A DNA stretch of 55,738 nt from the NCBI GenBank assembly GCA_964524995.1, contig CAZGDV010000004.1, positions 1 to 55,738 of the forward strand, in the 5' to 3' direction. Positions 45,284-54,173 of this stretch are shown piece by piece. Origin of the DNA: an uncultured Dehalococcoidia bacterium (lineage in GTDB: Bacteria > Chloroflexota > Dehalococcoidia > SZUA-161). The stretch's first letter is position 1, and each line of letters opens with the position of its first letter. Position numbers and translations under genes: made by a program. The notes beneath the pieces were generated by a model. That model searched no databases. It worked only from the letters and a program-made list of their open reading frames with translations, and had not been told where the DNA came from.

Positions 45284-46757
45284 CGGCCTCCCTCTGTGCG
45301 AATTCTCGGCCCTTTTCGGGCGAATGCCTGAACACATCCTGGCGCAGACTCCGCGCGTATATCTTGAGGGACTCAGAAAACGTCGTCTTCGTGACATAGA
45401 TCTTGCGCCGGAAGGCATACATCTTCGCAACGTGATACGAGAGCGTGAAGCCAATGTTCATGGGAAGGCGTAGAAGGAGCCTGGTGATCAGATGGCGGGT
45501 CCACGGGAATACCACTGCCACCGGCCCGAGCACCGCGAGATTGCGCTGCAGGTTCCTCTCTTTAGCGGTGAAACACGTCAAAGGTGTCTCGAACTGATAT
45601 GACGTGTGCATCCTCTCATACTCAGGAGAGTACGCGCCCATGGCGATGGTCTTGTCGCCCAGTTCAGTTCCGGGATAGGGATGGAACTGCAGGAACTCGG
45701 CCCAGTCCACGCGACATTGCAGAGACAGGTTCAAGGACTCCAGGTCATTGGCAAACGTTGTGCCCGGCAGCCCGATGATGCAGTTGGTGAACGTGTAGAT
45801 GCCGTACTTCTCGCAGAGCCGGTGCGAGTCGACAATCTGCTCGTTAGTCATCCTCCTGTTGAGCAGACTCTCCCGGATTTGCTGATTGCCGGCCTCGATG
45901 GACATGCTGATGGTCCGGCAACCGGCCTCCTTCATCAGCTTGACTATGTCCTCCGTCAGAAGATCACAGCGTGTCAGGGCGAAGAACGGCAGACCAATCC
46001 TCCTCCTGTACTTCCTGGAGAATTCCTCTAGCCACTCGTCAGCCCGGAAGGCGAAGACATCATCGTAGAACTTCACTGTGGACAGGGGCCACTTCGCCAT
46101 GACCCTCTGTATGTCCTCGACCACATGATCGACGGAGTGCCGTCGAACGACCTTGCCCTTGCCCTTGTAGATCTCGCGCCATCTTGTATTGAAGCAGTAT
46201 GAACACCGATAAGGGCAGCCCCGGGACGTTATGAACGACTTCAAGAGCGATTGGCCCATCATTGGCGTAGCACTGTACAGCAGATCGTAGTCCGGGAACG
46301 GCAGGCTGTCGAGGTCCTCAACCAGATTGCGTACAGTCGAAGAGTCGTGGTTGCGAGTGACGATGTTGGGGATCCCATCGACCTCGCGACCGGAGTCCAG
46401 GGCGCGGAGAACATCCACGATAGCGCCTTCGCCCTCACCCATGCAGATCGCATCCAGAGTCGTGTGGATCAGATCCCCGGGGTAGAAGGTGGGATGCGGC
46501 CCACCCATGATTGTGAAGACGTCCGGGAACTCCTGCTTGATCCGGTTGTTGGCCCTCAAGTAATGCTTCGCTTCCCCGGTGGACGAACTGTACGCTACGA
46601 CGTCCGGCCTGACCTCGGCGACACTGTCAACAGGATCGCTCCGGTTCAACTCACACAGAAACGTCTCGTGCCCTTCTTTCCTGGCCATGGCCGAGATGAC
46701 GGCTGGACCCAGGGGAGCTATGAAGTTCTCGCTCTTGAAGACGAAGAGCACCCTCAT
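45267..46757 (-). CDS. Cobalamin-binding radical SAM enzyme (class B type)
   Basis: N-terminal B12-binding fold (PDVVAYS, IMGGPHPT), TSRGCPYRCSYC CxxxCxxC motif, FYDD.F, SIEAG, FHPYPGT. Confidence 0.92.
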   Translation of the reverse strand: MRVLFVFKSENFIAPLGPAVISAMARKEGHETFLCELNRSDPVDSVAEVRPDVVAYSSSTGEAKHYLRANNRIKQEFPDVFTIMGGPHPTFYPGDLIHTTLDAICMGEGEGAIVDVLRALDSGREVDGIPNIVTRNHDSSTVRNLVEDLDSLPFPDYDLLYSATPMMGQSLLKSFITSRGCPYRCSYCFNTRWREIYKGKGKVVRRHSVDHVVEDIQRVMAKWPLSTVKFYDDVFAFRADEWLEEFSRKYRRRIGLPFFALTRCDLLTEDIVKLMKEAGCRTISMSIEAGNQQIRESLLNRRMTNEQIVDSHRLCEKYGIYTFTNCIIGLPGTTFANDLESLNLSLQCRVDWAEFLQFHPYPGTELGDKTIAMGAYSPEYERMHTSYQFETPLTCFTAKERNLQRNLAVLGPVAVVFPWTRHLITRLLLRLPMNIGFTLSYHVAKMYAFRRKIYVTKTTFSESLKIYARSLRQDVFRHSPEKGREFAQREADAVRS

Positions 46758-47695
46758 CTGGACACCTGCTCCGCAAGAGCGCCGACCCAGGAAGCAAGCC
46801 GGTTGGTGATATTGTCGACGCTCAGTCCGATAGTTGCTCGCAGGTACTCCCGGCTTCCATACTCACGAACGAACTGATCCGGCATGCCAACCCGCTTGAA
46901 CCGGCAATTCAGGCCCCTCTCGGCAATTAGCTCCGCTATCGCACTGCCTATTCCCCCCGTGATGAAGTGCTCCTCGAGCGTTATGACGTTTTTCGACCCG
47001 TTGATAACGTCCGAGAGCAGTTCGGCGTTGAGAGGCTTGATCCTGTAGAGATCGACGACGCCCACACTGATGGACTGTTCAGACAGGAGCTTGGCTGCAT
47101 CGAGAGCCGTCGCCACCATACGGCCGGTGGCAATGATGCAGAGGTCGGTGCCCGTACTCAGTACGCTCGCGCCGGCAGACAAGTCTTCGACGGTGTTTGT
47201 GTGGATGAGCGGCTCGCCGGTCCGATCGAGTCTTACGTAGACGGGGCCGGGCGTCTCGTAGGCCATGAATGCGAATGTGGCAGCCGTTCTATTGTCCGAA
47301 GGGCTCAGGACGGTCATTCCAGGGAGCTGCCGCATCATGGCGATGTCCTCGGTTCCATGATGGGTAGGCCCGAGGATAGAGTAGTCCATTCCCGCGCCGA
47401 CGCCTATCATCTTGACGGGCAAGTTCTGACAACACACGTCCACCCTGACCTGCTCATAGCAGCGCATCGTGACAAATGGCACTATCGCGTAGGTATAGAC
47501 TATCTTGCCACTCATCGCTAGGCCCGCCGCGACTCCTATCATGTTCTCCTCGGCGATACCGACGTTTATGCAGCGCTGTGGAAGGTCCCTCCTCAGGGCA
47601 TCGAGCACCAGAGCCCCCGTATCAGAGGTCAGCACGACGACCCGCTCGTCTCGCGCCACGGTCTCGTATAGTGAAACAAAGAAAGCATCTCTCAT
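46754..47695 (-). CDS. Transketolase-like protein, C-terminal (Pyr + C) subunit
   Basis: NVGIAEENM.G.AAGLA..G, R.YEQVR.D, GPTHH..ED, GP.YVRL, LEEH...GG.GS; ATGA overlaps on both sides. Confidence 0.93.
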   Translation of the reverse strand: MRDAFFVSLYETVARDERVVVLTSDTGALVLDALRRDLPQRCINVGIAEENMIGVAAGLAMSGKIVYTYAIVPFVTMRCYEQVRVDVCCQNLPVKMIGVGAGMDYSILGPTHHGTEDIAMMRQLPGMTVLSPSDNRTAATFAFMAYETPGPVYVRLDRTGEPLIHTNTVEDLSAGASVLSTGTDLCIIATGRMVATALDAAKLLSEQSISVGVVDLYRIKPLNAELLSDVINGSKNVITLEEHFITGGIGSAIAELIAERGLNCRFKRVGMPDQFVREYGSREYLRATIGLSVDNITNRLASWVGALAEQVSR

Positions 47696-48513
47696 CTCGC
47701 CAACTCCTTTCTAGCCTGCTCCAACTCCTCCCTGTTCGGCGTCCTGTAATGCCAGATCGGCTTGCTCTCCATGAAGGAAACGCCCTTCCCCTTCGTGGTT
47801 CGGGCAAGCACGGCAAGCGGCTTTCCGGAACTGCGGTCCCGGATGTCGGCAAGCGCCGCCTGAATGCTATCGAATGAATGTCCATCTGCGGTCCGCACTT
47901 CCCACCCGAAGGCCTCGAACTTCGCCTCGAGGGGCTCCAAAGCCAGTGCCTCCTCTGTGAAGTCTATGGCCTGGAGAGTGTTGCGGTCGATGATGGCCAC
48001 GAGATTATCAAGACGTTGGTGAGCAGCAAACATCACGGCCTCCCAAACGGAGCCTTCCTGGCACTCACCATCGCCAAGAAGGGCAACAGTTATGTAGTCG
48101 TCGCCATCCATCTTGGCGCACAGGGCCATTCCTGCCGCTATCGAGAGACCGTGTCCCAGCGAGCCGGTGAATGCTTCCACACCCGGCACGTTCGACTCGG
48201 CGTGAGCGCCTAACCGGCTTCCCAGCTTACAGAACGACCGCAGTTCGCCCACCGGGAAGAAGCCGAGGTCCGCCAGTGCCGGGTAAAGGGCCAGACAGGC
48301 TTGACCCTTGCTGAGCACGAACCTGTCACGACCCTTCCATTGCTCATCCTCGGGATTGAACCGCAGGACTCCACCATGGTATAGGGCAACGAGCAATTCA
48401 GTGCACGAGAACGATGGAGCCAGATGCGCACCGGCAAGCCCCACAGTCATCTCCACGATCTCATTGCGTATCCAGTTTGCCTTCCTCTCCAATTCTGCCG
48501 CTTCTAACATCAC
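47692..48513 (-). CDS. Transketolase-like protein, N-terminal (PP) subunit
   Basis: RDRFVLSKG, TGSLGHGL, ThDP motif GDGE.QEGS.WEA...IDRN, T.KGKGVSFME...WHY. Confidence 0.93.
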   Translation of the reverse strand: MMLEAAELERKANWIRNEIVEMTVGLAGAHLAPSFSCTELLVALYHGGVLRFNPEDEQWKGRDRFVLSKGQACLALYPALADLGFFPVGELRSFCKLGSRLGAHAESNVPGVEAFTGSLGHGLSIAAGMALCAKMDGDDYITVALLGDGECQEGSVWEAVMFAAHQRLDNLVAIIDRNTLQAIDFTEEALALEPLEAKFEAFGWEVRTADGHSFDSIQAALADIRDRSSGKPLAVLARTTKGKGVSFMESKPIWHYRTPNREELEQARKELAR

Positions 48514-48538
48514 GACTATCCCCTTTCATTCAAAATGG

Positions 48539-49336
48539 CTATGCGCTCATGGCGACTATCTTGTCAGCTCGGAGTACACGGACCCGAACGAATAAGCGAC
48601 CAAGATCATATGCCGCGGACAGCACTGACCCCAGGGTCAGTATCTTGGACCGGCCGTGCATCCTCTTGCCAAGCCGCACCGGCACCTCGGCGAATGTGAA
48701 ACCTGCACGTGCCCCCCTTACCAGGCATTCCGTCTGATACGTGAAACCTGTGGCCACGGGCCTGACCGCGTCGAGAACCTGGCGTCTATAGATGACATTC
48801 CCCGTTGTATAGCTGAACGTCGTGCCGAACAGCAGGTTCACTACATGCAGATAGAGCTTCGAGACGAAGCGCCGCTGTCGGCTGCGCACCTCTCTATTCG
48901 TCACGTACGGCACTATTATGTCAACTTGATCGAGAAGCGGCAGGTACCTCAGCAACTCCTCCGGCTCGTTCTCGGCATCCCCGGGGAACCAGGTAATTGC
49001 CGCCTTCGAGGAAGCTCGAATGCCGTCCAAGAAGCAGGTACCTATGCCCGCCGGTTTGCTGTGCTCCAGCACGTGAATCCGGGGCTCGCTCTTGGCAAAG
49101 GTGTTTGCGATGGCACCGGTCTTGTCGGTGCTACCATCATTCACCACGATGATCTCCCAATCCACTCCGTCCCGGCCAAGGACGCCGATCAGCCCGTCCA
49201 GTGCCAGGGGCAGGTTGCTTTCTTCGTTGAGCGCCGGTACTATCACGGTCAACGACTTCGAAGGTGGCGGGACCGGATTCGTGTCCTCACCTGTGGTGAA
49301 GAGCAGAACTGCTGTGCTATCGGCCTGGCTCTGCAT
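48539..49336 (-). CDS. GT2 glycosyltransferase, polyprenol-phosphate glycosyltransferase (DPM1/Ppm1-like)
   Basis: VIVPALNEE.NL, EIIVVNDGSTD.T, FPGDA (DXD variant), GF.YQTE.L.R, F.EVPV...R..G.SK. Confidence 0.87.
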   Translation of the reverse strand: MQSQADSTAVLLFTTGEDTNPVPPPSKSLTVIVPALNEESNLPLALDGLIGVLGRDGVDWEIIVVNDGSTDKTGAIANTFAKSEPRIHVLEHSKPAGIGTCFLDGIRASSKAAITWFPGDAENEPEELLRYLPLLDQVDIIVPYVTNREVRSRQRRFVSKLYLHVVNLLFGTTFSYTTGNVIYRRQVLDAVRPVATGFTYQTECLVRGARAGFTFAEVPVRLGKRMHGRSKILTLGSVLSAAYDLGRLFVRVRVLRADKIVAMSA

Positions 49337-49355
49337 GGTCGGTGTTCATTCTCCT

Positions 49356-50486
49356 TCAGTTTCTTAGTGCGCGGGTCACGATAGCTCCAACAAATGAGGC
49401 AATCGCCGGTGCTGCGGTCAATCCAGGGGATTCGATGCCAATGAGATTGACGAAACTGGGTAGTCCTCTTTCCACTTCGTCTCTGATAACGAAGTCTCTG
49501 AAGACATCATCGGGACCCTGCAACGTGGGACGTATGCCGGCCATCTCAGGCTCAAGGTCTTCAGCCTCCACAAACGGTAGAAACTCCACCACCGACTGGT
49601 AAAACAGCTCCCCCAGCCCGCAGTCGACGGAGTAGTCCTCGTCGTGAACATAGCGACTGCTTGGCCCGAGAAGGACTCTGCCGTCCAGCGTAGGCGTCGC
49701 GTGTATGCCTAGACCAGCGCCCGACGACCCCGGCAGCGGGTAGACGGGTCTCCCGATCAATCTGCCCTTCTGTGAACTGAGCCTGAAGTACTCGCCCTTA
49801 CACATGTGGATTCTGTATCCACAGTCATCTATGTCCAGACCCGCCGCCTCAGCCAGCTCGTGGCTCGCCAACCCCGCACAGTTCACCAGCACTTTCGTGT
49901 CGAAGGAGAAGCTGTCCCGGTCGTCCAAATGCACAGTGAAGCCGCCATTTCTGCGCTCAACGGCTTGAACCTTCGACCGATACACAACCTTCCCGCCCCT
50001 GCACCTCACTTTGGCCACGAAATGCCTCATCAGCGCGAAGACGTCGACTACGCCTGTTGACGGTGAAAAGAGGCCAGCCAAGGCAGTCACGTTTGGCTCC
50101 AGCCTCTTCACTTCCTGTCTCGACAGCAGCTCAAGGTCATCTACACCATTGCTCCTGCCCCTGTCGTGCAGTTCCTCCAGTTCAGCTACACGCTGCTGAT
50201 CAGTAACCACTATGATCTTGCCGGTCCTCTTGTGCGGGAGGTCATGCTTGCTGCACAGCCTGTACAGCATCTCTCTCCCTTCCACACAGGTCCTGCCCTT
50301 CAAGGAATCGGCCGGGTAGTATATCCCGGCATGGATAACCTGGCTGTTCCTGCTGCTGGTGCCAAGGCCATAGCCATCGTTCTTCTCCAGCACTACCACG
50401 ATTCTGTCATCCCTCGCCACCTCGGCTGCCACGGCGAGCCCAATGACGCCAGCCCCTACAACCGCTACATCAACGTGGGTAGTCAT
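49356..50486 (-). CDS. FAD-dependent oxidoreductase, L-2-hydroxyglutarate oxidase (LhgO) family
   Basis: DVAVVGAGVIG, EK..G.G.GTSSRNS.VIHAGIYY, KGEY, LG.H.T, GIRP, GIESPGLT; ATG 50486 (track 50516). Confidence 0.9.
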   Translation of the reverse strand: MTTHVDVAVVGAGVIGLAVAAEVARDDRIVVVLEKNDGYGLGTSSRNSQVIHAGIYYPADSLKGRTCVEGREMLYRLCSKHDLPHKRTGKIIVVTDQQRVAELEELHDRGRSNGVDDLELLSRQEVKRLEPNVTALAGLFSPSTGVVDVFALMRHFVAKVRCRGGKVVYRSKVQAVERRNGGFTVHLDDRDSFSFDTKVLVNCAGLASHELAEAAGLDIDDCGYRIHMCKGEYFRLSSQKGRLIGRPVYPLPGSSGAGLGIHATPTLDGRVLLGPSSRYVHDEDYSVDCGLGELFYQSVVEFLPFVEAEDLEPEMAGIRPTLQGPDDVFRDFVIRDEVERGLPSFVNLIGIESPGLTAAPAIASFVGAIVTRALRN

Positions 50487-50527
50487 ACTGTCGTTCGCCT
50501 CACGCACATGCGGCACGCTCCGAGCGC

Positions 50528-51538
50528 CTAGGCGATTCGCTCAAGCTGCAGCATCTTCACGTTGTAGTACCGTGGATCGTCCATCGGATCGGGTACCTTG
50601 CCTCCCTCGAACGCCTCGCAGAGCGACCGGATCGCGTCCTCTATCGTGTGCCTGGGCCGCCACCCAAGCTCTCTGAGTATCTTCTCGGAGGAGATGTGGT
50701 ACGATCGGGGATCGTCTGTCGCTTCCTGAACGACATCGATTTCGGCACGGCCCACTATTTCTCTGACCATCTTGGCGAGTTGGCTCACCGTGTGGTTCTC
50801 ACAGCCAGCGTTGAAGACCTTGCCGGCAACCAGTTCATCGGGCAGTTCGACAAGCTGGGCATACAGATCAGTTATGTCCTGGATGTTTATGTTCGGGCGC
50901 TTCTGTGTCCCTCCGATTACTTTGATGCGTCCGTTATTCACCGCGTGGTTGGTCAGGATATTGACGATGAGGTCCAATCGGAGACGAGGAGAATACCCAC
51001 AGACGGTAGCGGAGCGAATCACGACCGGCACGAAATCAGGCGATTGTCGGCTGAACAGCACCTCTTCGCAGAGGGCCTTGTATTTCGAGTAGTCTGTAAG
51101 GGGCTCCAGTGTCATGTCTTCGGTGACGTTCTCGACTTCCTTGATGCCGTACACGCTCGAGGTCGAGGCGTAGATGAAGCGCTTCACGCCGCTGTTCCTG
51201 CACACATCGACGAGGCCGAAGAAGGCATCATAGTTGATGGACTTGCCGAGGGCAGGATCGAGCTCAAAGCTGGGGTCGTTGGATATGCAAGCGAGATGGA
51301 GCACGCAGTCGCTCCCGGGAATTGCCTTCTCCAGCAAACCTATGTCCCTTATGTCTCCCTTTATCTGCACAAGTCTTGGATGATTCCGGACCTCGGCAAG
51401 CGCCTCTTCCCCGTACAGGTACAGGTCCAGCACTCTGACCTGATGTCCCCTTGCCAGGAGCTTCGGTACGAGGACACTGCCGACGTATCCCGCCCCCCCG
51501 GTCACCAATACATTCTGTGTTGCCGAAGTCATGGTCAT
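50528..51538 (-). CDS. NAD-dependent nucleotide-sugar epimerase/dehydratase (extended SDR)
   Basis: VLVTGGAGYVGS, HLA.ISND, YASTSSVYG, catalytic YSKYK; start 51538 or 51532. Confidence 0.92.
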   Translation of the reverse strand: MTMTSATQNVLVTGGAGYVGSVLVPKLLARGHQVRVLDLYLYGEEALAEVRNHPRLVQIKGDIRDIGLLEKAIPGSDCVLHLACISNDPSFELDPALGKSINYDAFFGLVDVCRNSGVKRFIYASTSSVYGIKEVENVTEDMTLEPLTDYSKYKALCEEVLFSRQSPDFVPVVIRSATVCGYSPRLRLDLIVNILTNHAVNNGRIKVIGGTQKRPNINIQDITDLYAQLVELPDELVAGKVFNAGCENHTVSQLAKMVREIVGRAEIDVVQEATDDPRSYHISSEKILRELGWRPRHTIEDAIRSLCEAFEGGKVPDPMDDPRYYNVKMLQLERIA

Positions 51539-51621
51539 CCGCCTTCCTCTCGTTCTCACTCGTTGCTTCATTAACTGTTGACCGTATGCGCAAGCCGTAA
51601 GTCTCAACCGCGCTTGTGCGC

Positions 51622-53157
51622 CTATTTCAGTAGCGTCGTTACGTACCTGGACAGCTGAACAGGGTCAACAACCGTTCTATTGCCGACAATGCGTATCGCG
51701 AGGGCGCCAACTGCGTTCCCAATGAAGCCAACTAGCTCGGGCGGAAAGCCAGCAGCCACACAAGGCGCTGTCACGGCGAAGTAGGCATCGCCAGCGCCTA
51801 TCCTGTCCACTGCCTCACGTGAGAACACCGGTACTTCCAGGAATCCACCGCTGTTGGCGTAGACCAGGGAACCACGATGCCCCCTGGTGACAACCGCCCG
51901 GTGGCAGCGCAATTCGCTAGCTATCCCGCACACGAGATCCTCCAGCGGGCTGCAATTGTCGTGAGTCGCGAGCCTAGCCTCCGTCTCATCTATGCACACG
52001 TAGTCCGCGCGATCATACCTGGTCACCAGATTGAAGCCCAAGTTTGCCGAATTGGTCTGAACATTGATGGCCAGGAACCTCGATTCATCGCAGAGTGCTG
52101 CGATTATCCGATCGTCTATGAATCCGTGGCCGTAGTCCGCGACAACGACCAAGTCATAGTCGGGGAGGCGCGACCGTAGATAGCAGGCCGCCTCGTGACT
52201 CACGATGTCCGGCAGCAGGTCAGTGCCAATGAACGAGACCTCGAACATCTTCCGTAACAGGTCGACTTCGACGAAGCGTCGTTTGACAGGCGTACAGGTG
52301 TCCGGGCGGCAAAACAACGTGGGCACAACGTTCGGTCTGAGGTGCCCACGTACGAAGCCTTCACGGGAGTCCTCACCACCCAGCACGGTGACCAGTTCCA
52401 CATCATCGCAGAACCCAGCAACGCAATTGGCTATGGCAAGGATGCCTCCCGCGAAGACCTCTTCATATAGGTACCTGGCCGGGATTAGTATCTCCTTGGG
52501 GGATTTCCCCATTGGGCTGCAGTAGTGGTACTCATCTATGATCGTGTCACCTATTACCAGTACCTTGAGCCCTTTGAGAGATTGAAGAAGATCGATGATT
52601 CCCTGTGGAGTGAATGAGCTGCGAAACTCGGTCAGGAAACCCCTCGCTTCCTCCGAGAAGACGTCGAAATGGTTATTCAGCAAACTTGTTGAACTGAAGG
52701 TTATGTCATCTGTGAAGTGAATGCGACCGCCAACGGACTCAACGGCTTGCTCCTCATCTACTATCTTGCCGGTGAGATCATTCTTGGCGTCCGCATACTC
52801 ATTGCCCTTCGCGTACACATCCGGCCTGAGCTTCAGTATTGTGTCAACCGCTATGGGCCCCTCGTTCAACGCCACATAGTCGACACACTCCAGTGCGGCG
52901 AGGGACTCGACTCTGAGTTGCTGGCCGAAGACCGGCCTGCCGGGGCCCTTGCCCACGTGTTCGTCCCTGGTAACCGTGACAACCAAGACATCCCCCTGTC
53001 GCTTGGCTGATTCGAGATGTCTTATGTGCCCCGGATGAAGCAAATCGAAGACTCCGTGACACTGCACCACGGCCTTACCTTGCTTCCTCAGGTCTTCGGC
53101 AATGGCACAGACCTCATCCAGCGACTTGAACTTCGAACCGTTGATGCCCTGCGTCAA
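51622..53157 (-). CDS. Bifunctional nucleotidyltransferase/PfkB kinase (HldE/RfaE-like, reversed domain order)
   Basis: N-terminal GVFDLLHPGH..KGPGRP, C-terminal VIGD.IID.Y...DYGHG...DRIGAGDAYFA. Confidence 0.9.
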   Translation of the reverse strand: MTQGINGSKFKSLDEVCAIAEDLRKQGKAVVQCHGVFDLLHPGHIRHLESAKRQGDVLVVTVTRDEHVGKGPGRPVFGQQLRVESLAALECVDYVALNEGPIAVDTILKLRPDVYAKGNEYADAKNDLTGKIVDEEQAVESVGGRIHFTDDITFSSTSLLNNHFDVFSEEARGFLTEFRSSFTPQGIIDLLQSLKGLKVLVIGDTIIDEYHYCSPMGKSPKEILIPARYLYEEVFAGGILAIANCVAGFCDDVELVTVLGGEDSREGFVRGHLRPNVVPTLFCRPDTCTPVKRRFVEVDLLRKMFEVSFIGTDLLPDIVSHEAACYLRSRLPDYDLVVVADYGHGFIDDRIIAALCDESRFLAINVQTNSANLGFNLVTRYDRADYVCIDETEARLATHDNCSPLEDLVCGIASELRCHRAVVTRGHRGSLVYANSGGFLEVPVFSREAVDRIGAGDAYFAVTAPCVAAGFPPELVGFIGNAVGALAIRIVGNRTVVDPVQLSRYVTTLLK

Positions 53158-54173
53158 TTCGTCACCTCACCCAGGGCAAGAACCTTGTTCCTGCCAAGGT
53201 ATGTGAACCATTCCTTCGTTGCCTCTTCGATTCTGTCGGGTGTCCAGACCGGCGCGTCTCTCCAGTATTCGATGTTGCGCAGCATCTCCCTGACGCCGTC
53301 GTCAAAGCTGACCTCGGGTTCCCAGCCTACCAGCCTACGTATCTTGGATATGTCCACGTGAGTACAGTCTGGCTCTCCCGGCCTCTTGGGAACGTAGACC
53401 ACATCTCCACCCAACAACTCGACCAAGCGATTAATGCTGTATGTGCCCCCACTGCCCACGTTGAATACCTCGTTCTGAAGGCCCGACTCCGCCGCCATCA
53501 CAAGCGCCCGAATGGCATCGGTGACATACACGAAATCGCGAGTCTGCGTGCCATCTCCCACGACGCTAAAGGGCTGATTGTGCAGCTTCTGTGCCAGAAA
53601 CACGCCGAACACAGCACCATAGGTGCCGGAAGTCCGCGAACGGGGCCCATAGACGTTCGCGAGGCGTAGCGAGACAACTGGAAGACCGTAGACCTTGCCC
53701 CAATGCATGACGCATTCCTCGCCGACGTACTTGGTCAGCGCATACGGGTACTCCGGCCGAATCGGTGCGGTCTCGGGTGTCGGGAACACATCGGGCACCC
53801 CGTAGCACGACCCCGACGCACTGTAGACGAACCGGGCCACTTCAGCGCGACGTGATGCCTCAAGCACGTTGACTGTGCCAGTCACGTTAGAGCGGTAGTA
53901 CTCCAGCGGCTGCTTGATCGAGGGGACGATGTCGGCCAGCGCCGCCACGTGGAAGACCCAGTCAACCCCCTCGAACAGGGGTTCTATGGTCTCGTACTCT
54001 GCGATCTCCACATTGCAGAAGTTGATCTGAGCGGTACGGGCCAGGTGAGATAGGTTGTCGAGGCGACCGGTTGAGAGGTTGTCCAGAATGACGACGTCAT
54101 GGCCACTGTTCGCCAATTGCTCAACCAAGTGGCTACCGATGAATCCAGCCCCTCCGGTTACTAGTGTCCTCAT
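53154..54173 (-). CDS. NAD-dependent nucleotide-sugar epimerase/dehydratase (extended SDR)
   Basis: LVTGGAGFIGSHL, DNLSTG, H.AALADIVPS, catalytic YALTK, NVYGPR, GDGTQTRDFVYV.D, RPGEP. Confidence 0.94.
   Translation of the reverse strand: MRTLVTGGAGFIGSHLVEQLANSGHDVVILDNLSTGRLDNLSHLARTAQINFCNVEIAEYETIEPLFEGVDWVFHVAALADIVPSIKQPLEYYRSNVTGTVNVLEASRRAEVARFVYSASGSCYGVPDVFPTPETAPIRPEYPYALTKYVGEECVMHWGKVYGLPVVSLRLANVYGPRSRTSGTYGAVFGVFLAQKLHNQPFSVVGDGTQTRDFVYVTDAIRALVMAAESGLQNEVFNVGSGGTYSINRLVELLGGDVVYVPKRPGEPDCTHVDISKIRRLVGWEPEVSFDDGVREMLRNIEYWRDAPVWTPDRIEEATKEWFTYLGRNKVLALGEVTN

Noticed and set aside
46754-48513. Housekeeping pentose-phosphate transketolase or DXS
   Set aside because: Short split subunits coupled inside a glycan operon, with an active-site His-to-Gln change and no linked central-metabolism genes.
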